Shown: positions 49,517 to 62,345 of the stretch, piece by piece
How the letters are laid out: each line of letters begins with the position of its first letter
Position numbering within the stretch: the first letter of the stretch is position 1
NCBI GenBank assembly: GCA_964199315.1
Contig: OZ116699.1
Span: 2,542,001 to 2,606,000, forward strand
Direction: 5' to 3'
Source: Orbicella franksi
Lineage: Eukaryota
Length of the DNA stretch: 64,000 nt
Program-made: the position numbers and the translations under genes
Notes under the pieces: generated by a model
Databases searched by the model: none
What the model was told of the DNA's origin: nothing
The model's input: the letters and a program-made list of their open reading frames with translations, nothing else

Positions 49517-51408
49517 ATGTTCAACGCCACACCACAGCACTCCTACAGCAGGGTCCCTGTAGAAGCGCTAGAGGAGCACCAGAAGAAGAATCCAGAAAAA
49601 CCATCATTGTACTCACGTGTTACGTTTGGCTGGGTAGCTGAGAGACTGAGCACCACTGACCAGCAATCAAATGATGGACTCGTTCCTGGGCAACGCTCGG
49701 CTTGGTGGAATTATAGAAGCCTCCGTCACGCGTGGTTCAAACACGCACGATCCACGCAAACACGCGAGGAGAATCCTCGGTTATGGAGGGCTGTTGTTTC
49801 TTTTGTGTTAGCTGAGGATTTCACAAGACTGTTTCTGTTTCCAATATTGATTCTGTGCACTCGCGTCCTGCAGCCCGCCATGTTCACAGCTCTCCTTACT
49901 TTTCATCCGTTCTTGATGTATGGGTCGCCCATACCATGGATATGTGCTGTAATCGTTGGCTACTGGCTTGCTATCTCCCTCGAGGGTCTCGCGCGAAGCC
50001 ATTATGCCTTCTTCGCTCATCTGACAACAGCGTCGGTGAAATCCGGTCTGACTGGTCTAGTCTATAATAAGGTAATCCTTATACAGGTAAAACGAGTTAA
50101 GCTTGCAAAAAATGTTTATAGGCTCAAGCGGTGTATTGGCAGTATTTTTTCATATAAATATAAATTTCATTTCATTTGCAGAAGAACAAAAACAGACAGC
50201 CAGCGCCCCTTGGGGAACGTCAAGTACAACTTCGTTCCCGGGACTTTCCCTTTCCCGCCCCTCCCAGTTTCAAAGGGAAAAGCCCTGGGAACGAAGTTGC
50301 GTCAAGTACTGCTCAAAAGCTTTCCTTTGAATGGTCAGACATTAGGTCCAATATCTATACAGCTTAATTTAGATACTATGCTCAGCACAATTAACGGTAC
50401 CACATCAAAGTACTCCTCGAAGCCTTTAATTCAGGACAATGGTCACACACTGGCTAAACTTTGACTGTGTAGATATGAATTTGAGCTGCTATTCTGAAAA
50501 CAGCGACTTCCTGGCCGAGGTGTACAAAAATGCAACCTAGAAATTCCAAAAATTCTTGTTCTTTTCTTATTGCTTGAGACAAAAGAATGAACGAAAACAC
50601 TTTCCCTGTTCTCAATTAACACCAACCTCGTTCCCAGGCTCAACGACAAGAGAGGTAAAGTAGAGAAAGCCTGGGAATGAGGTTGAACTAACACAATTTG
50701 ATCATCAGGTGCTGCGTCTCAAAGAAACAACCCTTGCTGATTACCCAAGCAGTCACGTGATGAATTTGATATCTAAAGACCTGGATCCTATTGGCCAGTG
50801 TGTGCACTCGGTTCCATTCCTCTTCACAGCGCCTGTGGAGCTCTGTATCATTTCTTTGTTGCTGCTTGTGATCATTGGCTGGGAAGCTTTGTTGGGGATT
50901 GCTTACATGCTTGTGTGCATGATGCTACGCTGTGGGGTGGGGAGAGTGTACAGGAAACTGCGCCACAACACCGCATTCTTCACTGACCAGCGGCTTCGCC
51001 TGTTGAGTGAAGCTATTTCTGGCATCCAAGCCATAAAGATGAATGTGTGGGAAGCAGCGTTTGAAAATCTCTTCAAGAATATTCGAAGGTTTGTGTTACT
51101 TGGTCACTCGGCCGCCTGTTACTGCTGTTGTTGTTATCATCATCTTTACTGTTACCAAAACTGTTACTCAGAATGAAACTGTTACTTACTTTCAACAGTA
51201 TTTTAGTGGTGATCTTTCAGTTTTTCACTTCTTTTAGGAAATAGTGTTTCGACTTATTTTTCGAATTTATCTTTATAAATTTTTGTTATACACAGTCTCA
51301 AGCCGTAAAACCCGTAATTATATTTTACCGTGCATAAACAAAGTTGATTGGTTGATTGATTGACTGATTGATTGATTGATTGATTGATCGATCGATTGAT
51401 TGATTGAC

Positions 51409-51440
<32 letters not shown>

Positions 51441-54400
51441 CATTCAGTCATTCATTTAATCATTCAGTAAATCAATCGTCCATTGTTTTGTCTGTCCACA
51501 TGTGCAATGTCCTATCAAGACCTTCGCCACTCTAACACTGACTGTGTGTTTTCTCTTCTAGGCATGAACTGTCTTACATCAAGAGAAAAGCCCTGGTCGT
51601 TGGTGTACTGCTCTCCGTCCAACACGCTGTCCCAATCGTCAGCTCTTTGGTTTCCATAGTAACGTTAATGATGCGTGGTAAAGAACTCACGCAAATTAAT
51701 GTATTTCTGATCGTATCAACAATGTATATTTTAGACGGTTCCTGCGGTGACGCTTTCGCTAAAGGAATAGACGTTCTCATAAGAACAGTGGCTCGCCTCA
51801 ACAGAATAGAGCGATTTCTTGTTGCAGACTTTCCCTCAGTAACTTTTTATGGAAACACAACAAATCGCTCCGAGGAGGGTACGGAAGGGATCTACTGTTC
51901 AAGTGGGTCACTTGCTTCTAACAGTGTTCCTCGTCTTTCTCTCAACGGAGTTTGCTGTGACCGCGAGTATGACTTAGCTGATATTGAACTAAACTACATC
52001 ACGTTCAGTTATGAGGGGGCTCAACTGGTAACAATTACAGGGCCCCCTCAAGCAGGGGCTGGCACATCCTTGGTCTTTGAGGCTATCCTCGATGAAGCAC
52101 CTCTGAAGCGAGGGCGTATAGTCCAAGAGGGAACGCTAGCATATGTCTGTCAGAGACCATGGATATTTTCAGGAACTGTTCGCGAAAACATTCTCTTCGG
52201 GGAGCCATACAGCGAGGAGCGCTTCGCCGCCGTTGTAACAGCCTGTAGGCTAGACGAAACCATTGGCATTTTACCACATGGAAACATGACGTTCATTGAA
52301 AACGGACGCGGAATTAAGCTAACCCTCAGTCAGCGGGAACGTTTAAATCTAGCACGCGCAGCTTACTCCTCAGCGTCAATCATCCTATTGGATAACCCTC
52401 TCAGTCACGTGGACACACCAATGGCCAATGAAATATTCGATGAGTGCATCAAAGGTTTCCTGGGGTCTCGTTTGCGTCTCGTGGTCTCGCGCCGAGCAGA
52501 CTTCCTCGAGAGATCTCCTCGCGTGTTCCTGATGGCGGATGGTATTATAATCAGAGAAGGATCGCTCGCTAAGATCAAAGAGTCCGGAGAAAACCTTAGA
52601 TGGTTAAGAACAGAAAATGGCCGTGGACCATTGGAAGGCGAAGAGCTGGAAATAACTACGTCTGTAGCGGGAGAGGAATCCACTATTAACAGCGAAGCGG
52701 AAGGATATGCCGTATACCTGAGATATGCCAGACAAGCAGGATGGTTGCCATTTCTGTTCATCGTTGGTGTTTTGCTGACAGTTGCACCTGGAGGTATGCG
52801 TCATTTTTACCCTATAACGCCTCACGAATGAACAACCAAAACCAGAAGCCTGCCTAAAATGAGAGTAAACATCCCACCCATTGTCAAAAGAATATGGGTG
52901 CAAAGCCATGTTTACTACAGATGGTCTGTAACCCTGATCTTTGTTTCAGACAAAATGCGGTTTTCCCCCAGCCTACCATAGCCAGAAGCACCATGCCACA
53001 AATTCTAGTTGGTGTACGTATGTGCATAATTTTTATTTCATCCTAGTCAAAAAATGCGAGAGTAATAAAGAGCTGCCAGTCAAAATGTTGTGATAGGTCT
53101 TTACAAAATTGTGAATTCAGTAGTTTCTGGAGACGAATTATTATCATCGTTTTCTAGAAAAACCACTATAATAATGCCAGAGCTCGAATACTAAGACTCG
53201 GGTAAACTAAATTTGATCTGGTGCGACCTATGAACGGCCTTCATTATTAACACTGAAATTTCCTTTGCAGCCGTCCTTGCTGCCCTCGGTATTTTGTTTG
53301 CACGCACTGTGGACCTATCACAAGACGACCAACATGGCTGGCTGCCTACAGTACTCGTAGGTGCCTTTATGCTGTTACTTCTCATTAGAGCTTTATTCAT
53401 CCTCGCCTGTGGGCTCAGGTCTTCCAAGCGAATTCACAACAGAGCTATCTCCACGCTGCTTAAGGCGCCTGTGCTGGAGTTTGAGGCTGGAAAAGAAGAT
53501 GCAATCTTCAAAGCGTTTTCCAAAGACATGGAATGTCTGGACGAAAAACTCCCCCCTGATATTCTACTATTCTTTCAGTCGGTGGTTGAGCACGCGGCAG
53601 TGGTTGCTATCATCAAATTCACCGCTCCGTGGTCGATTCTTGCCGCCATCCCCGCCTTTCTAATCGCGCTTTTTATTGGGAGGTATTATCTTCGTTTGGA
53701 GAGTCACGCCAGGACTTTAGAGAGACGCAGTTTAAAACCTCTCTTGACGCATTTTTCAGACGTTATTGAGGGAGCTGTTACGATCAGAGCTTGTCAGAAA
53801 GAAAAATACTTCACAAAAGAGTTTTTCAGGTTAGTTTTGACACGCCGCTTTTATCAGCCCTTTCTCTCTGACTGCGTCTTTGTGAAAAGTTCTTGTGATA
53901 TTAAAATGCAGGGAAAAGCCCTCTCCTTACAGACCAACCTAAAAAATATGGTCAAAAATTTTGTAATCCATTTTAATCCTCGCCTTCGTTGGCAATTGTC
54001 ATCATCTTTCTTATTTTAACTTTTCAATCACTGGCTACCAAGAGAGAAATTAAGCTTTCATAATGAGTATCTAAACTTACATACTTTTTAATTACTCTAC
54101 AGATTGGAAGACCAGCGCACGATGGCTGGATGTATGCGGTCAACTGCTGAACAGTGGTTGGCAGTCAGACACTTGGCTGTCATGTCACTGTTCATGTGTA
54201 TTGCTACTGTTATCGTAATTTTCACCAGCGACAGCAGTAAGTACCATTCTGCTTGATTTGGAATATCGGATTAATACTATGCCTGAAGAACGTGATTTAC
54301 ATTAGCCCTAGTGAACAATACACGGTGAAACTAGACAAGACTCGAAAAATTCCACATTGATTACGTCATTGCATAAAGATCCGTGGGGTGAATGTGATTG

Positions 54401-55556
54401 GCTGTTGCTTGTGGCCAAATGACCAATCAGCAGCACTGCGTGGGTCATCCCCTCTCTAGCCCTCCCCTCTTTATTAACCTAAGAAAACAGATGTTTTGGT
54501 AGAGCGCAGCTAACAATTAGACGAAACGTCGTCCAGTCTTCAACAAAAACATGTCAGTAAAAAAATCATTTTTATCATTAATAGAGTAAGCATAAGCCAC
54601 CCAGAACACCTCAACTCAATAAGACACATTCTCCTTTCGCAGCTCTTGTCGCACTCTCGTTGACCTTCGACAGGCAGCTTGTTGTGGGAATCACCATCGT
54701 TCCTTTCCTGTTCACCGACATAGAACAAGACATGGCTGCGGCAGCTCGACTGATGAACTACTTCGACATGCGCTCCGAGCCCGGTTACGAAAATGACACG
54801 AAGCCGCCCGAAGATTGGCCGAGCGAAGGCTCCATACGCATCGGTGACTTGTTATTGGCCAGTGCTCCTGGTCGTCGACGAGCATCTCACGAAACGTTCA
54901 TGTTAGACATTGGACCGAGAGAGAAAGTTTGTATCACGGGCCAAAAAGACGCGAGAGCGAGTTCACTTGCTGCTAAACTAATGCTTATGTCAAAAGAGTC
55001 CTTCGGTGATGTGTTAGTTGATGAAATGTCATTAGCAACTCTCAATCTCTCAGAAGCAAGGAAAGCATTTTGCGCGTTGCAGAGAGAACCGTTTATTTTT
55101 GCATCATCACTGAGAAAAAATCTTGATCCAGAGGGAATCTACGAAGATGGAGAGATATGGGAGGCGTTAGAAGCTGTGCGAATGAAAGATTACGTGGAAG
55201 AACTTCCAAGGCAGTTAAACTATGTCATGACAAAACCCTCGCGTTTCTCTGACTCCCAACTTATGCTTTTATCTCTCGCCCGTGCATTACTGCAAAAAAG
55301 AAGAATCATCATTTTGGATGAAGTGGTGTCAGTGGTGGACTTTAACTCGCTGAGGATAATCAACAATGTCGTCAAGCACTTGTTAACTAACTGCACGATC
55401 ATCACGGTTGCTTATGGACCGATCGGTCTGGAAACGATTCTGTATCACGACCGCGTGATTGTCACGGAAGGTGGAAGAATTGTGGAGATGGGTAGCCCAC
55501 GAGCTCTCCTTGAGCGAGAGGATAGTCTGCTCTCAAGATATCTAACCCCCATATAA
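49517..55556 (+). CDS. ABCC (MRP4/ABCC4-like) full transporter with degenerate NBD motifs, 6 exons, ~1257 aa
   Basis: Phase-consistent exons 49517-50071, 50709-51088, 51562-52793, 53271-53829, 54103-54236, 54643-55556, giving TMD1-NBD1-TMD2-NBD2 without TMD0. ABCC hallmarks YVCQRPWIFSGTVRENILFG, LLKAPV..FSKDM..LDEKLP, PPEDWPSEGSI, LRKNLDP, LARALL..IIILDE. Confidence 0.9.
50227..50299. repeat. Short hairpin element, CAACCTCGTTCCCAGG family
   Basis: Arms caacttcgttcccgggactttccct / agggaaaagccctgggaacgaagttg, in ABCC intron 1. Confidence 0.8.
50623..50685. repeat. Short hairpin element, CAACCTCGTTCCCAGG family
   Basis: Arms caacctcgttcccaggct / agcctgggaatgaggttg, in ABCC intron 1. Confidence 0.8.
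51345..51438. repeat. (ATTG)n microsatellite
   Basis: More than 20 tandem gatt/gact units in ABCC intron 2. Confidence 0.9.
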
Positions 55557-57434
55557 CACGGTTACATTGTTAAAAGAACATGTCGTTTGCCGAAAATCTT
55601 CGTACTGTTACCCGAACACTTCCGATACTTTGTTCAGCCAATCAGAACATTTTATGCTCACTCGCGAGCGAACCAGCAAATAGCACGATCTTTTTTTAAG
55701 CGGTCAAAATTTCATTTCAGCTAAATACGAGTTAATTGAAATTTCACGAGAAAACTTTTCAATGTACGCCGCCAGAACGCTACATTTCTGTTATGGAATT
55801 CTGGAAATATTTATCTTCCCTTTCCGAGGAAAAAATATTGGCCGGTTTAACGACTCGCACTTTTTTTGGCGTGAGTTTTGTTTCGGTTATTTCAATGCGT
55901 CAAGAAAAGGCTATTTCCGATTTGCCTCAATGTCAAAACGAGTCATCGTAAAACCCAATCTTATAAAAATATGTTCATTCTCTATTATGACTCGTTTTGA
56001 AGCTGGGTAACAATTAACTCGCAAATTGAATTAATCCAACGACAACCACCACATTTTAGCTTTTTATTTTTTCACATGTTCAAAAAATAAACCTCCAGCT
56101 TTTGACTGGAAAAGGTTTATACTGTCCATTGTTTTTGTAATATTATGATAATTATACACACTGATGCTTATTCGCGTATTAAAGTCATCAGAATAACAAC
56201 AAAACCCTCCAAACTAGCCTACAGAGCCTTCAAGGTCCGCGGTCAGCGGTGGGGTCCAATCTCTGACCCTCAAGCCTGTTAGAGTCTGGGGAAGACAATG
56301 TACTCCCTATAGTTGTCAAATCAAGTGGAGCCGAAAGGTTTAGCAGTCTAATTAACGTGTTGCTTAGAAACCTCATTGACGACTTAAAACCGCGAATTTT
56401 CATGTAAGTGCACGGTATTCGTATAGTAAGACACTCACTGAATTTCCTATTCTTTAACTCTAACAAAAGTATAAAGCTAACATAAGTTAAGTTTAAACAT
56501 CCAGGTGATAAAGAAATTCATTTTGGATGGGGTGGAGTAAAAAGAGGGAAGCCCACCAAGAGTTGGGCGGAAAGCCTGCGAAAGGCAGAGAAGAGGGGCT
56601 GCGGATATTGCCAATGTCAGGGAGGTATGCGAATTGTGTTTTCAGCTCTTCAAACCTGAATCTAAACAGTAACGGAAAGTTATAATCAAAATTACTCAGT
56701 ACAGAATTTATTCCAGAGATTTAATGAAATAACTCTAAAAAGGTAGGTTATTAGGGATAAGATAAAATCTAAGACTAATAATAAATATCACTACGTCCGC
56801 TCAGGAACACGCGGTTTGTCATCTAATTGGCATCTGAACATAAATATGAAAGAATGACCTTAAATCAAATGAGCCCTCGAGTTGATAACTATATAAAACG
56901 ACAGTAAAAACTACATTCCAAATCCAAATAGGACGAGGTACCACTTGAGACATGTTGTAAGTGATCACAGTAAAAATACAGTACAATCAACGTTTATTTC
57001 CCAGGGCACCTTCAGTTGTCTTTTAACACACTTTGACGCTGATTACAACGTGCCTTGTACATGCGCTCGCTTTAAAAACAAATATTTTATTACAACCACA
57101 ACGGGACCCAAAGAACAGCACATCTTAAAACTCTAATAGATATCTACCTTTGTTTCTGGATAAATCAATTTGTGGCTGAATCTATTCGCCCTGTCAGTTT
57201 ACCTTTTGCTAAAAATCCCCCCAAGACTTTGGTCATTTCATGTTGATGTTGTTCTCACATCTTTTTAGAGAAATCCCCCCTTGGCGTTTTCAGGTTTCTT
57301 TGTAAGTGTTAAAGGTATACTTTCTCAGTACTTCCAACTTTAACTATAACAATTCCCTTAAAGATATTTAAAATGACAGCAAACCTTTTTATCGAGGTGT
57401 CAAAAATAAAAACACTACGCTCTTGGAACTCCTC

Positions 57435-60400
57435 TTAACGCCGGCCACTTTGGTAAGAGTACGGTTTCGGTCGATTGCTAGTGGATGGAGGCTTGCTTCT
57501 CATCACATGATCACGTCTGTAAGATTCTTCTCGGCTTCTTCCAGGTTGAAAATCGTCAAAATCATAGCTTGCATAATTATTGTAATTATGGTAACTGTTC
57601 TCGTGATTTCGGTAATCATTACGAGAATGATTTAAGTCATCATAATGACGATAATTATCATAATTATAATAATTATTACCGGGATGATGATAATTACCAG
57701 CAGAATTGCGATAATTGCTATGATCTCTTTGCTCTCTGTTTGGGAATCTCCTTGATGTGTAGCTTCGTAACTGGGTATGGTTGTCAACCGGTAGATAACG
57801 ATCTTCACTACGACAACGTGGTTTCAAGTCATGATACTCGTTTAGATGTCTGTTGTACTGGGCGGGTCTCCAGTTCATTCTCTCCTGATCTGATGCAGCA
57901 TGCCTTGTGAAGAACTCCCTGCTGGTGTGAAGATATCTCGGTTTGTCGTATGGAACATTTTGCTCTCTTCGCCTATTTCCACTTTGAATGCAGGACAAGT
58001 CCTCGCTATGAGAAAGCAAAAAAATGTTTGATGGAATTATTAAAGATTTTCAAGTTAGAAATGTAGCCATTTTTCAACCAGCATTGCGTGACAGTCAACG
58101 TAGCGTAGTGCGACACCCAAGACAGAGTGATCTAACCCATTTCAAACTAGTGACAACTCACGTTTTCGGCGTCTTCTTCTGAAGATCTTCCAAGTAATTC
58201 TCACGTTCCATATCATGTCCTCTAGCTTGGTTGAATGCTGGAAAAGAAATTTAAGACTTGTTTCAAGCACATGAATTCAAGTGCAATTATTCCAAGCAAG
58301 CAACTCGGAAACCTTGTGTCCTTACGATCCTGCAACTCACATGCAAACAGATCGATGTTATTTTACGCAAAATTTAATTTAATTTGTTTATTTTCTCATA
58401 GAGTGGTCTTCAATAGAGTGTCGTAAAACCAAAACCACAGAAATCACTCTAGCCAATCACAAAGGAGGCAATCAATCTAGCGAATCAATCAAAACTCGAA
58501 GAAATTGCATGTAGCTGACGCGAAGCGCGGGAAAACGTCTGTGGGCGGGTCATGATTGGGTTTGGTTTCACTTCTGATTGGACAAAAAATTCGCGTGAGT
58601 TTTTTAAGCCAGTCGTGTAACATAGTAAGTGCAAAACCAATTACTTTTCAACACTTAAATGAAAACCGCTCTATTACCGGTATCTCTTTTATAACTAAAT
58701 CTAATAACTATCAATTTACACTTGTTTAAATTGCCCATTATCTAGCAAGTGCAAAATCAAATCTATTACTAATATGACCATGTTAAAAGGTAAGAGGTTT
58801 TTCTCACCTTCAATGGCCCTTTCAGGCGTGTATCCTCTACATTCTATAAGGTACCTAGCATGGAAAAGAAAATTCATTCAAGTGACTGTGTAACTGTTAC
58901 TTACAAATTATGTGATAGTTACATTATCTTTCATTTTACCTGCAAACAACATAACCGGCTCTGTTCAGACCATGGGTACAATGAACACCAATAACATCAT
59001 CTAAAAAGAAAGCATTGAACTTTGAAATGTGAAGACAATGAAGGACATCTGATATTGCAGAGCTTTCAACAAGATTTGAACAAGGTTGCTGCCCCATCAG
59101 AGAGGCCCATGAAATAAGCCTCTGTCAGAGTGCCAATCTTTGAAAACTGCTAACATTATAGCTGGTGATTCACAATGGAATAAATACTTTTATTATGAAT
59201 AAAGGAAAGTTTATTTAAAGCTCTGCCATTGCATTTTGTGTTTTTACCTGAGGTGGGATTCTCAGCCAAAAACGAGCAGACCTCAACCTTGAACCTTGAA
59301 ACAGTAAAAACAGTACCGTCCTTGTTACATATACTTTCATAAAAAAAAATGTGTCACAGACACCTCAGTACTTTGCCACAATTTTACCTAGTTTCATGGA
59401 CCTAGAAGCTAACACATGAATTATTTTGAAAGACAATACATATAAAAAAGGTTACCTTGACACAACTCTCTCATCTGGTATTTCTTTCCCAACACATTTT
59501 ATCTTACGATAAAGTATCCCATGGTCAACTTGGAGCTTCTAGGGGGAATAAAGCTATTTGTTATACCCTGCTGCTGTGAACATCTATTTTGATTGGACAG
59601 TGCTAATTTAATCATGACAGTAATTGCTGCATTGGTAGAATTGACAAGAGTGTTGCCACAAGCAACATTTTGCAATGATTTGTTGATGACCAGAAGCTTG
59701 AAATATCCATACTAATACGAAAATTTCTCTTTGATCTTACGTACCCTGCCATCATAATATCTGTAAGTGTTGGTAAAGTCTACCACCATTCCAAGTTTTA
59801 TCTTATTCTGCCTAAAATGATTCAGTAGGTCCATTGGTGTAAATCTGAAAAACAAATATTATAAGTAACAAAGAACATCAGTAACACCTACAACTTAAGG
59901 CAGTAGGTAATTTCAAATTATTAAGTAATTTGAAATTACCATTGAATTTCAAGTTTGAAGTCGGTGAACAAAGTTAGTTACATGGTATTCATAACTTCTG
60001 AAACTTATTGATAATTCATCAAGTTTTCAAAAACAAAGGAAATCATGGCAGTGACAGTGTATCAATATCTGACCTTCAATTAGCATAGATTTTTACCGTC
60101 CCATTTCTCTGTTTTTGCCTTAGTTTAGTTCAATTGAGAAGATATTAACACCAAACAGTGTTTGACATTTCCAAACACCTCAAAGTTTGTCAAATATACA
60201 GTCTCCTCCACACATCATATTTCAACTTCACTCTTAGTGTTTGGAAATGTGGTTAAACACAGTCTTTCCTGTTTGATCTATTACTTTAAATATCCTCCCA
60301 CTATTGGCGTCCTTACATCAAGTTACATCTGGCAGACTTCAGAAGTACACTGACCTTTCATGTGGTTTTATTCCATTGTCACGGTCACTTTCATTATCAT

Positions 60401-62065
60401 ATTGCTGCAATGAACAAACATCTTTGATTCAATAAGTTTTACAAGCAGCATGAAAATTAGCGCTTTCTTAACACCTATTTTAATAGAGTATTACTTAAAT
60501 GAGGAACGTGTTATCTGTCTTACCTGTGACAGTGGTGTCTTAAAGGCAATGATCCTCTCGCCTCTTATAGGAGTTCCACAAGATTTGTAGTCTCTCCATC
60601 TAAAGTATTAAACATAGCAACAATGAAATAAGTCACTATCAAATGATTCGGCAGAGGTGGCATTCTCTGTCTGAAACAAAAGGTTTGTCATAGCCAGTAA
60701 TGCTGGTATATTTAAGGGTGTTGGTGCATTTTGATCAGGCAAGCGCCATCTTTGAAACTTGGAGGGGCTTGGAAAGAGAGGAAAGAGCCTCCAGGGGAAT
60801 GAACAGTGAGGCTGACTTAAGAGTCTCCCCCTACTTTTCCTTACTGAACATGGAAGTGAATATCCTTTATTGCAAGCTAACACCAACAATTCCTGTGCCC
60901 TCAGAAAATGAATGCATGGCAGGTTAAGTACTGTACATCATAAGCATGCAATGCATACATAGAGGTACAGCTACATAAACATAGCACTCTGCACATATCT
61001 GTCTTCGATACTTTTAAAATAAACTTGAAGATAACAGTTTTTCTAAGCTGAGCAAGTCCTTGTACTGCTGAAAATGTTCCAAGCCTGCCTTTCTACTTTT
61101 GAATTTCTCATCAGCTGTAGTATGACTAAGTAATGAAAAGTGGACACAAGGCTACAAGTTTGTCATATTGAAGATTGTTCACATCCCTCTATATGTAATT
61201 TAACACAGGCTAGGTTAGATTGCTCACATTTTCACGACTTAGTGGTATGTGCACAATAATAATGAGAGCGGTGTTTCTTCAGATGGCCTTACCGATTAAA
61301 AACGTGACAAAAATAAACTGACTCGGTGTTGATTTAGAAAGAAAGCATAATGTAAGATTCAGTTTTTGCAATGATGGTATTTGTTAAGCTGTAGTGTGAG
61401 CTGATACTCGGCCAGGTACAAGCTCTTCAAAAAATGACGGGAGGGAGACTCCAGAAGTGGAATTAGAAATCTCCCAGATGTGGGATTCTCTACCACATAG
61501 TCTCTGGAGAGTTTTGAGGCTAGGCCATGACTGAGTTCAAATGCTCTATCATGATCTAACTCCACAAGTGTCCCCTGACCAAGTGTTAGGGCATCTGATT
61601 GGTATGCAGACGGTCTCGGGTCTTGGTAGTTTTGTCACTGAAAGCAAAACTGACATCGCTAACAGTGTTTACGATATTCAGAATTTTGGTCTCATTATTA
61701 TAAGCAATGACTGAGGTCGCGCTCACTCGAGACATAAGAGAAACCTCATTGTCACTTTCAGTTTCATTTTCCTTCGATTTAGATCAGACAATGGATAAAA
61801 ACAATTTTACACCAAAGTAATATACTCGGTCCATTTTACTATAAATAAGGAATGCCAACTTCTGTAGCCAAAAGAGAACTTTTGAAAAGATGTTCAGTGT
61901 GGAATACACCTCAGTAACCTAAAAGGTCCTAAAACGTGTTCTGTGAACCAGGAACTCAAGATTGATAATGGTAAGAGATCGTTCCAGCTTAGTTCACAGA
62001 CGCAATATCACTGAGTATACTTACTTATCGGGTATCCTTTTGTCGATAACTACCTCTGTTGTCAT
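57435..62065 (-). CDS. DUSP11: RNA/RNP complex-1-interacting phosphatase (RNA 5'-triphosphatase DUSP11/PIR1), 10 exons, ~383 aa
   Basis: Phase-consistent minus-strand exons 62065-62025, 60599-60524, 60404-60355, 59844-59745, 59538-59456, 59294-59248, 59000-58940, 58854-58808, 58237-58162, 58005-57435. Motifs IPDKWRDY, RIIAFKTPL, FTPMDL, LGMVVDFTNTYRYYD, P-loop IGVHCTHGLNRAGYVVCRYLIE, AFNQARGHDMERENYLEDL. No guanylyltransferase domain follows, so it is not the capping enzyme. Confidence 0.92.
58399..58673. mobile_element. MITE of the TAGAGCGGTTTTCA family, copy 2
   Basis: TIRs tagagtggtcttcaat / atgaaaaccgctcta, in a DUSP11 intron. Confidence 0.8.
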
Positions 62066-62345
62066 TTTACTAGAAAGGTTAACCAGCTTGAACACTAAAA
62101 AACCTTCCACACGCGAATAAAATCCCGGAAGCGTCGGCCAAAAGCGAAACATTGAGCAATACAGACCCGCGATTCAAAGAACCAGCGGCATCTTGAGTTT
62201 CAGTCATGCGAACAAGAGACTAGGCTCCAATCTTCTTTCGAAGTCACGGACAATCTTCTTCGCATGCCACTTTACTGGTTTGGAAAACCTAATTTTTGAA
62301 GATCTTTGGAGTTTACACTGAGTATAGGAATTAAACAAGAGGGTT
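62066..62345. promoter_or_regulatory. Bidirectional promoter region DUSP11/ROMO1
   Basis: The divergent ATGs are 280 bp apart. The interval is CpG-rich and has an ETS-like CCGGAAG and a YY1-like GCGGCATCTT. Confidence 0.65.

Noticed and set aside
50072-50464. C-terminal part of ORF 49517-50464
   Set aside because: Intron read-through after the AAG|GTAATC donor. ABCC homology resumes at 50709.
57485-57910. 141-aa plus-strand ORF
   Set aside because: Antisense shadow of the repetitive DUSP11 last exon.
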